This document shows positions 39,518-52,090 of a DNA stretch of 64,000 bases, one piece after another. A model generated the notes under the pieces. That model saw only the letters and a list, made by a program, of their open reading frames with translations. It searched no databases and was not told where the DNA came from. The stretch is from Scyliorhinus canicula (Eukaryota): positions 18,137,327 through 18,201,326 of the forward strand of contig NC_052172.1 of NCBI RefSeq assembly GCF_902713615.1, read 5' to 3'. Both the position numbers and the translations under genes were made by a program. Each line of letters begins with the position of its first letter. Positions within the stretch are counted from its first letter, which is position 1.

Positions 39518-40210
39518 CATATATGTCAAACTCAAGGCCCGCGGGCCAAATCCGGCCGGCGGTGGAATTATCTTTGGCCCGCGAGATAATATCTAATTAC
39601 TTTTTTTTAAATTTAAATTTTTTTTTTAAATTTTAGATTAGCCAATTATTTTTTCCAATTAAGGGGCAATTTAGCGTGGCCAATTCACGTACTCTGCACA
39701 TTTTTGGATTGTGGGGGCGAAACCCACGCAGACACGGGGAGAACGTGCAAATTCCACACGGACAGTGACCCAGAGCCGGGATCGAACCTGGGACCTCAGC
39801 GCTGTGAGGCGGTTGTGCTAACAACTAGGCCACCGTGCTGCCCTAATAATATCTAATTACTATTAAAGCTGGCCCCAGCAATTGAAGCGCCTATGGCGTA
39901 TGATATGACTGATGCCGAGTTTATTCAGGTATAGTGTGAATCACAAAGTGTTGGCCTGTGGAAAAATGTTTTCATTAGAAATTACTCTGGAAAAGCTCCA
40001 GATAAAGCAATAAGAAATAAATGCAACTAATTTTTTTATTTATTTAATATTTAATGTTGTTTTTATAGGCAATAACCTAAGCTTTATTAGTTCCAGGTTC
40101 AATAAGTTCATTTCAATAAGTTTTGCAAAAAAACATTGAACCAGTCCGGCCCTCGACTTGTCCCGATTTTTTAATTTTGGCCCACGGTGTATTTGAGTTT
40201 GACACCCCTG
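39518..40210. mobile_element. Non-autonomous hAT (Charlie-like) DNA transposon
   Basis: Exact 8-bp TSD CTCTAAGA; TIR CAtataTGTCAAACTCA / TGAGTTTGACACCCCTG; subterminal GGCCC repeats. Confidence 0.9.
39601..39845 (-). mobile_element. Poly(A) SINE nested in the hAT element
   Basis: TSD ATAATATCTAATTAC on both sides. Confidence 0.9.
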
Positions 40211-41807
40211 CTCTAAGACCTAGAAGCTTGTTTGCTGTGAACTTGGCCTTCAGGCTTGGTGGCTGGAAACTTGGCCTGTCCGCTTTCTCAGACTGCTAGT
40301 TGGTAACTGCCCCTCCTGGTTTTTCAGGAAACGGGCAATGATACCTTTGTTGTTCTTTGATTATGCCTCGTGTATTTGGCTGTATGCTCCCATCAACTCC
40401 CTTGAATGTACATTAACATATGCCTATCTCAAGGATTTTCCCAATTGTCTATAATCTGTTTCTCTTCCATAAGCTTATTATTATTTATTTGATTATTGAT
40501 ACTTAATTATTATTTAAAGTGACATTCTAAACTTGTTACTGGGAGAGATGCAGCCCAATTGAGAATCATTGAATGCTTTCTGCTGCTGTCTCGTGACACT
40601 AGGTTTCCCACTCATAAGTGTCCATGTGTTGAGAACAAATGTGGACCCAGCACTGGTCCCTTCCTGTCCATAGAATTCCTACAGTGAAGGAGGCCATTTG
40701 GCCCATCTAGTCTGCACCGGCCCTCTGACAGAGCACTATACCCAGACCCGTTTCCCCGCCCTAACCCCGTAAAATCACTTGACCTGCACATCTTTGGACA
40801 CCATGCGGAAATTTAGCATTGGCTAATCCACCTAACCTGCACATTATTGGACTGAGAGAGGAAACCGGAGCACCCTGAGAAAACCCACGCAGACACGGGG
40901 AGAACGTGCAGACTCCGCACAGACAGTCACCCAAGGCCGGAATTAAACCTGCTATGTGGGTATTAACTCAAGCAATACCTCCATATCTTAGGCCGGGACT
41001 TTCCGGCGGTGAGCTATTGGCGGTCTGCCAAAGTCATTGGCAATTTGCATGGCTTGCTGTCCCCATTGCCAGGGAACCACCCGCAGGGGGGGGTGACTTC
41101 AGCGTGACCAGAATATCCCGCTGTCAGGAGGGGCTGGAAAATCCCACCCGTGGTTTCCTATCCATCTCCTAATCCCCAGTACACCATGCTGTTATATTTC
41201 CACGCATGCCACTTACCTGAATTTTCCTACGTGTCTCTTGTAAGACACCTTATTGAATGCCTTCTGAAAATTCATGGACACTGCATCTGCCACATGGAAT
41301 TTACCAAACAGTGAGCCGGATTCACTGGGCCCCCAGCCGCGTGGAGCGCCACTGGCTGGCACCGGGATTCCCTACTCCCGTTAAATGTCAATGGGATTTC
41401 CCATTGAAGCTGCCCCACACCGCTGGGAAACAGGGAATCCCAAAGGACGGAGAATGCTGGCCAGGATGCGCCTTTAATAAATGTATCCCCGATTAACATT
41501 TTTAAAATAAATTTAGAGTATCCAATTCTGTTTTTTCCCCCACAATTAAGGGGCAATTTAGTGTGGCCAATCCACCTACCCTGCACATCTTTGGGTTGTG
41601 GGGGTGAGACCCACGCAAACACGGGGAGAATGTGCAAACTCCACACGGACAGTGACCCGGGGCCGGGATCGAACCCGGGACCTGGGCGCCGTGAGGCAGC
41701 AGTGCTAACCACCGGTGTAGAATCAATGGCGAGATGAGGAAAGCCTTTTTCTGTACAGGTTGAGTGGTTAGGACCTGGAACGCCCTGTCAGATACGGTGG
41801 CCGGGGG

Positions 41808-41845
<38 letters not shown>

Positions 41846-44800
41846 AGGGCAGATTCACTGGTGGCTTTCGAAAGAGAATTGGCTCATTACCTGAAGAGAA
41901 AGGATTTTGCAGGACAATGGGGCAAAGGCAGGGGGTGAGGGGGACAAGGCGAGTTGCTCTTGCAGAGGGCCAGCATGGAAGCGATGGACAGGAGTGTGGT
42001 GATTGTGTGTCAGTGTAGACTGTTCTATTAAACAAACAAGTATTTAAAAAAACAAGGAAATTCTGACAGGGCGCCCAGTGGGGGAGGCGGCACGTCACTG
42101 AGGCATGATGATGACAATTTGTGTTTCAGTCCTGTCCTATTGGAAAATAATTTAGTTAACAACTAGAAAGTTCCAGGGCCGTTCGTAGCAGGTAAACAAA
42201 TAGAAACTTAAAGAAAAAAAACAGATGGTGTAGCTGGGAGAGTGGTGCTGCAGCAAGTTACGTGTTAATAGAACTATATGCATGGATACATTAAGGAGGG
42301 ATTCAATCGAGGTGCTGAAAATCATGAGGTGCGTTGATTGGGTAAATAGGGAGAAACTGTTCTCGGCAGCAGGAGGGACACGGGTTGAAGATAATCAGAG
42401 ATGAGGAGAATTTGTTTTACGCAGCGAGTTGTTGTGATCTGTCTGGGAGGTGCTGACTGAAAGGGAGGTGGAAGCAGATTCAATCGGAACTCCCAAGTGG
42501 GAACTGGATATATACTTGAAAAGACTATTGGGGCAAGAGTATGGGTAGAGGGACTAATTGGCTTTTTCAAAGAGCTGTCCCAGACATGAGTGGCCAAAAG
42601 GCCTCCTTTTGTGCAGCGTACTTCTATTCTGTGTGAGGACACGTGCAGAATGATCATCGCAGTAATAAGACTTTCACCTTAGTGTGGTGACTCATACTCA
42701 AGTTGTCGCACACTAGAGAGTGCCAGTCATGTGTGCGCAATTGGGGCTCTGTTACGCAATAGGACCAAATTCTGCTCACCAATCTGAAACCTGGTTTCCA
42801 TAGAAGACAGAAACAGGGCCGAGAAAGTGCACACACCAACGTGCCATTTTGTGGGGGTTTACCGTAAGTAATGCAGGTACCAGCACAAGACACTGCGTCA
42901 AAGGAACTCTTTCAGAATGACTGAGGCGGTGGTATAGGACCACTTGTCGGCACTCCAGCTTTACAGTCAATGAAGCACTTTCTTGAAATGCAGTCAGTCA
43001 CTGTTGCAATCTAGGGAAATCTGGCTGCATTCTACACACAGCAAGCTCCCACAAACAACAATGTGTTAGTGCTCAGATCATCTGTTTTCATGACGTTGAT
43101 TAAAAAAAAAACAATTTAGAGTACCCGATTATTATTTTTCCAATGAAGGGGCAATTTAGTGTGGCAAATCCACCCACCATGCACATCTTTGGGTTGTGGG
43201 GGGTGAGACCCACGCAGACACGGGGGGGGGGGAATGGGCAAACTCCACACCGACATTGACCCAGAGCCGGGATCGAACCTGGGTCATGGGCGCCGTGAGG
43301 CAGCAGTGCTAACTGTGCCGCTCCATGATTTTGATTGAGGGACAAACATTGACTAAAACTCCGGGGAGAACTCCTTAGCTCTTCTTCGAATCGTGCAACA
43401 GGATCTTTTATCTTCATCTGAGAGAAGGCCGGGGATCTTCTGTAATAGCTCGAAGGTGGAACGCCTGAAAAGGCAGCACTCCTTGAGCGTTGCGGTGGGA
43501 GTGCGAACCTCGATACGGGGCTCCTGATGGCTACAGTGGGACTCGAACCTATGACCCGGTGACTCAGAGGCAAGCCTGCCACCCACAGAATAACAGGTGG
43601 CACTGAAAGGGGAATAGAGATTGAACCAACAGTCAAAGGGGAACAGAATTTCACTGAATCACAGAGGCCACCCGACCCGATCTCTGTGCAGAGCAATCCA
43701 GTTTGGCCCAGTCCCCCGCTCTACCTCTGCAAATTTATTTCCAAGTCAATGGAAACAGCGTCTCTTTCTCTACCTTTTTGTAAACGTGTCATAATCTTGG
43801 TCACCGCTATTAACTCTCCCCTCAACCTCTGTCACTCCAAGGAGAACTGCCCTTACCTCGAAGGTTTAAGCCCTCATTCTTGGAACCATTCCTTAATAAT
43901 TCCTATCTGCAGGCTCTCAAGTACCTTCACATCTCTCCAATAAATGGGGTGACCAGAACTGGACGCATTAGCCTAGCTGCGGCCTAACGCTTGCTTCCTA
44001 AACGTTCGCCATAACCTCCCTGCTTTTTGTACTCAGTGCCTCTACTTATGAAGTTCAATATCCCATATGCTTTGCAAAGTGCTCTCTCATTAAGTCCTGC
44101 CACCGTCAAAAACCTATGCACATGAACATACGGGGCACTTCTGTTAGAAATTTGTCTTTTTATTCTTCGGCGGCATGGTGGCACAGTGGTTGGCGCTGCA
44201 GGAGGTTTCGAGGGAATTTGAGGAAACATGTTTTCACCCAGAGGGCGGTGGGTGTGTGGAATGCACGGCTTGGGAGGGTAGTAGAGGCGGCAAACCTCAC
44301 AACCTTTAACAAGTACTTGGATGAGAACCTGAAATGTCACAACATTCAATGGGCAACTCGGTGGCACAGCGGTTAGCAATGCTGCCTCACAGCGCCAGAG
44401 GCCCGGGTTCGATCCCGGCCTCGGGTGACTGTCTGTGTGGAGTTTGCATCTTCTCCCCCGTGTGTGCGTGGGTTTCCTCCGGGTGCTCCAGTTTCCTCCC
44501 ACAGTCTAAAGATGTGCAGGTTAGGTGGATTGGCCATGCTAAATTGCCCTTAGTGTCCAAAGATGTGCAGGTTACGGTGATGGGGTGAGGAGGGGGTCTA
44601 GGTGGGGTGCTCTTTCAGAGGGTCGGTGCAGACACGATGGGCCAAATAGCCTCCTTCTGCACTGTAGGGGCTCTATGATTCTAATTATTTCTGGGCACTG
44701 GTAGGGACAGTCTGCAAGTTTCCAGTTTTGTGGTGTTCCCTCCACAGTAGGTGGTGACACCTGCTGGGCAGCATGTGTCAATGCAGCTTCCAGTGTCAGT

Positions 44801-47385
44801 GCATCCACCAATGTCAGGCCAGCTCGCATTAAAAACAAAACGGGATCTTCTCTTGCGTTGGCATCCAAAAGCACACGGAATGTGGACATTTGCAAATGCA
44901 GAAAGGTTTTAGGCGTGAGGGAATTACACGCATTATCAAGTCTCCTCAATCCTTTACGGGAGTCCATTAATCCTCATCCTTATTCTCCCACCTCCCAGTC
45001 AATCATATAGAACAGGGCAGCACAGTAGCATTGTGGATAGCACAATCGCTTCACAGCTCCAGGGTTCCAGGTTCGATTCCGGCTTGGGTCACTGTCTGTG
45101 TGGAGTCTGCACATCCTCCCCGTGTGTGCGTGGGTTTCCTCCGGGTGCTCCGGTTTCCTCCCACAGTCCAAAGAGGTGCAGGTTAGGTGGATTGGCCATG
45201 ATAAATTGCCTTTAGTGTTCAAAATTGCCCTTAGTGTTGGGTGGGGTTGCTGGGTTATGGGGATGGGGTGAAGGTGTTGATCTTGGGTAGGGTGCTCTTT
45301 CCAAGAGCCAGTGCAGACTCGATGGGCCAAACGGCCTCCTTCTGCACTGTAAATTCTATGAAAAACAGGAGGATCTCATTCAGCCCCTTGAGTCCGTTCT
45401 GTCATGCAATAAGGTCATGGCTGATGTACCCACTTTGCCCCATATCTCTTCAAATGTCTATGAACATAGAACATAGAACAGTACAGCACAGAACAGGCCC
45501 TTCGGCCCTCAATGTTGTGCCGAGCAATGATCACCCTACTTAAACCCACGTAACCCGTATACCCGTAACCCAACAATCCCCCCATTAACCTTACACTACG
45601 GGCAATTTAGCATGGCCAATCCACCTAACCCGCACATCTTTGGACTGTGGGAGGAAACCGGAGCACCCGGAGGAAACCCATGCACACACGGGGAGGACGT
45701 GCAGACTCCACACAGACAGTGACCCAGCCAGGAATCGAACCTGGGACCCTGGAGCTGTGAAGCATTGATGCTAACCACCATGCTACCGTGAGGCCCCAAT
45801 GGTTAACAAATATCTATCAATCTCAGTTTTATTTGTGACAATAAAAAAAAGATTAAAGATTAAAAGATTAAATTCAACAACGCCAGAGGCTAGGAATCCT
45901 ACGGCGAGTAACTCACCTCCTGACTTCCAAAGCCAGTCCACCATTTGCACAAGTCAGGATTGTGATGGAATCTTCTCCACTTGCCTGGAGGAGCGCGGCT
46001 CCAACAACACTCGTGAAGCTCAACACCATCCAGGACAAAGCAGCTCCGCTCGATAGCTCCCCCATCCACACACATTCACTCCCTCCACCACCGACGAACA
46101 GTGGCAGCCGTGTGTACCATCGAGAAGATGCACTGTAGCAACTCAACAAGGCTCCTACGGCAGCACCTTCCAAACCTGCGATATTCAGCATTTAGGAGGA
46201 CAAGAGCAGCAGATACCTGGGAACCCCTCCACCTGGAGGTTCTCCTCCAAGTCAGGCACCACCCTGACTTGGAAATATATCGGCCGTTCCTTCTCTGTCG
46301 CTGGGGCAACATCCTGGAACTCCCTCCCAAACAGCACAGTGGGTGTACCTACACCACAGGGACTGCAAAGGTTCAAGAGACAGCTCACCGCCACCTTCTC
46401 AAGGGGCAATTAGGAATGGGCAATAAATGCTTGTTGAGCCAGCAAAGTCCACATCTCGTTCAGTTTTAAAAATCTACCTGACGTGAATTGCCATTTGTGC
46501 AAGAGAGTTCCACACTTTTGCACTACTTGCGTGGAAGTCTTTCCCAATTTCACTTCTGAAAGGTCTGGCTCTAATTCTTAGACTATGGCCCCTAGTCCCA
46601 AGGTCTCCTAATGGTCCATTGGTGCATTGTGTTAGAGCCTTATCCCAGCCCAGGACATGATGGCCACGGAAGGAGTGTGGTGGAGTCAGGCACGTTGATT
46701 CTCAACCTGTAATTCCTTCCAATGTGCCCACGGCAGGCGGTAAGAGTGGGAGAACCTCCTGGTCAGCTTGTGGTAGCTGCAGCACAACACCCCCCCCACC
46801 CCCAAGTACTTTCCACGAACTCTGTGTCAAGTGCCTCCTTGATTCGCGAGACGAGAGGGAGAGGACAGAGAGACTCTCCAACCAGCAGAATTAGTTTCCC
46901 TCAATCCCTACAGCGCAGAACGAGGCCATTCAATCCATCTACACTGACCCTCTGAAAGAGCACCCTACCAAGGCACACTCCCCCACCCCTTGTCCCCGTA
47001 ATAATAATAATAATCTTTATTGTCACAAGTAGGCTTACATTAGCACTGCAATGAAATTACTGTGAAAAGCCCCTAGTCCCCACACTCTGGCGCCTGTTCG
47101 GGTACACAGAGGGAGAATTCAGAATGCCCATGCCCAAATTACCTAACAGCACGTGTGGGAGGAAACTGGAGCACCTGGGGTAAACCCACGCAGACACAGG
47201 GAGAACGTGCAGACTCTACACAGACAGTGACCCAAGCCAGGAATCAAACCTGGGACCCTGGAGTTGTGAAGCAACAGTGCTAACCACTGTGCTACCGTGC
47301 CGCCCTCCCCACTGAATCGGCATATCATGGAAACTCTGATCAAATCACCCTTGCAAAATCCAGGATATACAATCCTAGATTTTCT

Positions 47386-47612
47386 TTTTTTTAATATAAA
47401 TTTAGAGTACCCAATTATTTTTTCCAATTAAGGGGCAATTTAGCATGGTCAATCCACCTAACCTGCACATCTTTGGGTTGTGGGGGCGAAGCCCACGCAG
47501 ACACGGGGAGAATGTGCAAACTCCACACGGACAGTGACCCAGGGCCGGGATTCGAACTCGGGTCCTCAGCGACGCAGGCAGCAATGCTAACCACTGTGCC
47601 ACCGTGCTGCCC
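47386..47612 (-). mobile_element. Poly(A) SINE
   Basis: TSD AATCCTAGATTTTCT on both sides. Confidence 0.9.
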
Positions 47613-47810
47613 TAATCCTAGATTTTCTAATATAAAATAGAAATTGCTGGATGAACACAGCAGGTCTGGCAGCATCGGTGGAGTAACATCGAGGTGGGGT
47701 GCTCTTTCAGAGGGTGGTTGGAGATGCAATGGGCCGAACGGCCTCCTTCTGCACCGTAGGGATTCTATAATTCTATGACTTGACAACGTTGACGCGTTCC
47801 CTCATGAGGC

Positions 47811-47825
47811 CCACCAGGTGGCGGC
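47811..47825 (+). promoter_or_regulatory. Putative CTCF site
   Basis: CCACCAGGTGGCGGC matches the CTCF core CCASYAGRKGGCR and lies in a short non-repeat gap. Confidence 0.5.
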
Positions 47826-49529
47826 ATTGGTGGAGGCAAGAATAGTATTTGAATTTCTCAGTTGTTCTAAATTTGTTTTGGAAAAGGCAATTACGTGCCG
47901 TCCCAAACAAAGGAAAGACTTGCATCAGAGCACGTATCGCCACCAGGAAATGCCAAAGCGCTTTACAGCCAATGAGATATTCTTTTCCAGTACTGCCACT
48001 GTTGCAATGCACAAAACGCAGCAACCGATTTGTGCACAGCAAGATCCCACAACAGGGCCGGATAGTGACAATACCCACATTATCTGTTTTTATTTTAGTG
48101 ATGGCGATTGAGGGATAAATCCCAGGCAGGACACTGTGGAGAGAACGATGGCAACGCGCGCCTGCGATGCCAAATCCTCGGTTCAACATCTAATCTGAAA
48201 GGGGGGGGTGGGGTACCGCCGGCAGTGCGGCACTCCCTCAATACCGCACTGGGGGCTGTCAGATGTCAAAAACCCTCGACGGCACGTCTGTCTTTTCAGC
48301 AATATTTAGGTTCCGCGCCGCCAAATGACTGTTTTGCATCTTGGTGGCGGGTACCGAATTGTGATGATGACACAGATGAAACGATTGTAATTTATAACGT
48401 GGAGCTGGACTTTAAGGCTGGGTGTGTTTGAGACGGGGGGGGGGGGGGGGGGGGAGTGTGAGGGATGCAGGGGGCATCAAAATATGATGGATGGCGAGCC
48501 CCCCCCCCCCACCTCCCCATTTTCCCACCCTAGCATAGTCCTGGTGGGCCAAATGGCCTGTTTCTGGGGGACTGTTACTTCCATGCATTTATGATATACT
48601 GCAGATGCTGGGCCGGGAATACTTAATATGTCCGAAAGCATCTGTGGAGAGAGGAACAGAGTCAACGCCACAGGTCAATGACCTTTCAGGGCAATGCGAT
48701 CATCTATAAACTTGGGCCAAGAGGCAAACAATAGCCCATAACGCTGCAGGTCGAGTATCCTTTATTCAAAACTGCCTGGGTTGATTGCATTTCTGTTTTC
48801 AGATCATTCTGGTTTTTGGGGCAATTTAGCATGGCCAGTCCACCTAACCTGCCTGTCCTTGGACTTTTAAAAATTTTAAAACATTTTTTAATAATTCATT
48901 TACAGGATGTGATTTCTTGATTAATAAGGGGATCAGGGGTTATGAGGAGAAGGCAGGAGAATGGGGATGAGAAAATATCAGCCATGATTGAATGGCGGAG
49001 CAGACTCGATGGGCCAAGTGGCCTAATTCTGCTCCTATGTCTAATGGTCTTATGTGGACGTTGCTGGTTAGGCCAGCATTTATTGCCCCATCCTAGTTGC
49101 CCTTCAGAAGGTGGTGGTGGGCTGCCTTCTTGAACCACTGCAGCCCTTGAGGTGTAGGTACATCCACTGTGCTGTCAGGGAGGGAGTTCCAGGATTTTGC
49201 CCCACCGACAGTGAAGGAACTGCCGATGTATTTCCAAGTCAGGGTGGGAGTGGTGAGTGACCTGGAGGGGAGCCTACAGGTGGTGGTGTTCCCAGATATC
49301 TGGTACACTTGTCCTTCTAGATAGTAGTGGTCGTGGGCTTGGAAGGTGCTGCCTAAGGAGCCTTGGCGAGTCACTGCAGTGCATCTTGCAGATGGTACAC
49401 ACGGCTGCTACTGTTCGTCGGTGGTGGAGGGTTTGAATGTTTGTGGATGGAGGAGCAATCATGCGGGGCTGCTTTGTCCTGGATGTTGTTGAACTTCTTG
49501 AGTGTTGTTGGAGCTGAACTCATCTAGGT

Positions 49530-49865
49530 GGGAGGAAATGTGGGAGGATGCTTCCACTGGCAGGAGAAACTAGAACCCGAGGGCACAGCGTCAGACGAAA
49601 CGGACGATCCTTCAAAACTGAGATGAGGAGGAATTTCTTCAGCCAGAGGGTGGTGAATCTGTGGAACTTTTTGCTGCAGAAGGCTGTGGAGGCCAAGTCA
49701 CTTGAGTGTCTTTAAGGCAGAGATAGATAGGTCCTTGATCAATAAGGGGATCAGGGGTTGTGGGGAGAAGGCAGGAGAATGGGGATGAGAAACATATCAG
49801 CCATGATCGGATGGTGGAGCAGACTAGATGGGCCGAATGGCCTAATTCTGCTCCTATGTCTTATG
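49530..49865 (+). mobile_element. CR1 LINE 3' end (near-identical family copies at 48915-49052 + and 55245-55680 -)
   Basis: GAGATGAGGAGGAATTTCTTCAGCCAGAGGGTGGTGAATCTGTGGAA...GCTCCTATGTCTTATGG. Confidence 0.85.
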
Positions 49866-51734
49866 GACAGTCACCCGAGGCTGGAATCAAATCCGGGTCC
49901 CCGGTGCTGCAAGGCTGTGGTCCACCTGATGTTATGGCCCGCAGCAAGAACGTGCGGACTCCCTGAAAGACATGCTGGTTAGCTGAATGGGACATTCTGA
50001 ATTCTCCCTCTGGGTAACCCGAACTGGCGTCGGAGTGTGCCGACTGGGAGATTTTCACAGTAACCTCACTGCGGTGTTAATGCAAGCCTACTTGTGCCAC
50101 TAATAAAGATTATTATTGCTTTTAACGCCCCGTGTGGCTGCATGGGTCTAACCCCCACAATCCATGGGGCGGCACGGTAGCACAGCGATTAGCACTGTTG
50201 CTTCACAGGGACCTGGGTTCGATTCCCGGCTTGGGTCACTGTCTGTGTGGAGTTCTCCCCGTGTCTGCGCGGGTTTCCTCCGGTTGCTCCGGTTTCTTTC
50301 CACAAGTCCTGAAAGATGTTCTTGTCAGGTGAATTGGACATTCTGAATTCTCCCTCTGTGTACTCGAACAGGCGCCGCAATGTGGCGACTAGGGGCTTTT
50401 CACAGTAACTTCATTTGAAGCCTACTCGTGACAACAAGCGATTTTCATTTCATTTCAGTGTTAAAGTAAGCCTACTTGGACACTAATAAAGATTATTGTT
50501 ATTACAAGATGTGCAGGGTAGGTGGATTGGCCGGATTAAATTGCCCCTTAATTGGGGGGAAAAAAGAGGCGGCACAGTGGTGCAGTGGTTAGCACTGCTG
50601 CTTCACGACGCCGAGGTCCCGGGTTCGATCCCGGCTCTGGGTCACTGTCCGTGTGGACTTTGCACATTCTCCCTGTGTTTGCGTGGGTTTCGCCCCCCAC
50701 AACCCAAACATGTGCAGGGTAGGTCACACAGTGGTTAGCACAGTAGCACAGTGGTTACCACTATGGATTCATAGCACCAGGATCCCAGCTTCGATTCCAG
50801 GCTGGATCACTGTCTTTGCGGCGTCTGCATGTTCTCCCTGTGTCTGCGTAGGTTTCCTCCGAGTGCTCCGGTTTCCTTCCACAGGTCCCGAAAGACGTGC
50901 TGGTTGGGTGAATCAGACATTCTGAATTCTCCCTCTGTGTACCCGAACAGGCGCCGGAGTGTGGCGATGAGGCGATTTTCACAGTAACTTCATTGCCGTG
51001 TTAATGTAAGCCTACTTGTCACACTAATAAAGATTATTATTATTAAAGATATGCAGGGCAGGCGAATTGGCCGGGCAATTCAGCCCCTTAAATTGGGAAA
51101 AAAATAAGGATTGGGTGCTCTAAATTTAAAAAATATGTATACATTTTGCTTTTATGATAGGAGAACGCCGGGTGCCTCCCCTTTTTTTTAATTTAGAGTA
51201 CATAATTTATTTTTCCCGGGCAGCACGGTGGCACAGTGGTTAGCATTGCTGCCTACGGCGCTGAGGACCCGGGTTCGAATCCCGGCCCTGGGTCACTGTT
51301 CGTGTGGAGTTTGCACATTCTCCCCGTGTCTGCGTGGGTTTCGCCCCCACAACCCAAAAGATGTGCAGGTTAGGTGAATTGGCCACGCTAAATTGCCCCT
51401 TAATTGGAAAAAATAATTGGGTACTCTAAATTTATATTAAAAAAAATAATTTATTTTTCCCCAATTAAGGGGCAATTTAGCGTGGCCAATCCCCCTACCC
51501 TGCACATCTTTGGGTTGTGGGGGGGGGGTGAAACCGACCCAAGGGTCCAAGAATTGGTTATCCCATGCCTTCTCTTGTGATGTATGATAGGGGGCGCTAT
51601 GGAAATGCAAGTTGTTGTTGGCAGCCCTGAGAGGTGTGTGTGTGGGAGGGGCTGCAGCTTTAAGAGCCGTGCTGGTCCCGCCCCCTCCCCCCCATTGGTG
51701 GAGCACGCCCGTCAATCAGGGGGGCGGGCTGACT

Positions 51735-51799
51735 TCCGGTCTGGACGCCAGTCGCCGCCGAGCGGGAGCGCGCGCCGCCGCGAAGATTCCCCCAGAAAG
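51735..51799 (+). other. Candidate non-coding first exon, plus strand
   Basis: Follows the ETS motif; ends AAG|GTTTGT; contains no ATG; start coordinate approximate. Confidence 0.35.
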
Positions 51800-51842
51800 G
51801 TTTGTTGTTTTTTTTTCTAAAAAGCAAAAACCTGTGACCGAC

Positions 51843-52090
51843 CTGCGATTTTCTTTCTTTTCCTCTCTGCAATTTGGTCGACGGGGGTCCTCCCGACGTT
51901 TAAAATTTCCTCAGCGAGGGGGCTCGCGGACCAACGGACTTTTCTTCTCCGCGCCCCCGCCCCGGTATTTTCAGTCGGGACGCACACGGACCTGCCCGAC
52001 CGGTGAGCGGGTTGTATTTTTTTGCTTATAGATATGTTTTTTTTTCTGACTGGCGGAAAGTTGTGAACCGGGAGCGGAACGGGCGGGACG
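51843..52090 (-). other. Candidate non-coding first exon, minus strand
   Basis: Downstream (on minus) of the ETS/CCAAT/GC module; ends CAG|GTCGGT; no ATG seen; start coordinate approximate. Confidence 0.45.

Larger units (their letters stand above)
39054..40598 (-). mobile_element. ERV-like solo LTR with nested hAT element and SINE
   Basis: 8-bp terminal inverted repeat TGTCACGA...TCGTGACA; TTTATT at ~39206 (minus-strand poly(A) signal); TSD not cleanly preserved. Confidence 0.6.

Noticed and set aside
44572-44967. 131-aa minus-strand ORF
   Set aside because: Runs into a SINE; no recognisable domain or splice signals.
48360-48425. C/D snoRNA (TGATGA box)
   Set aside because: No terminal CTGA D box or closing stem at a suitable distance; the same applies at ~42106 and ~61003.
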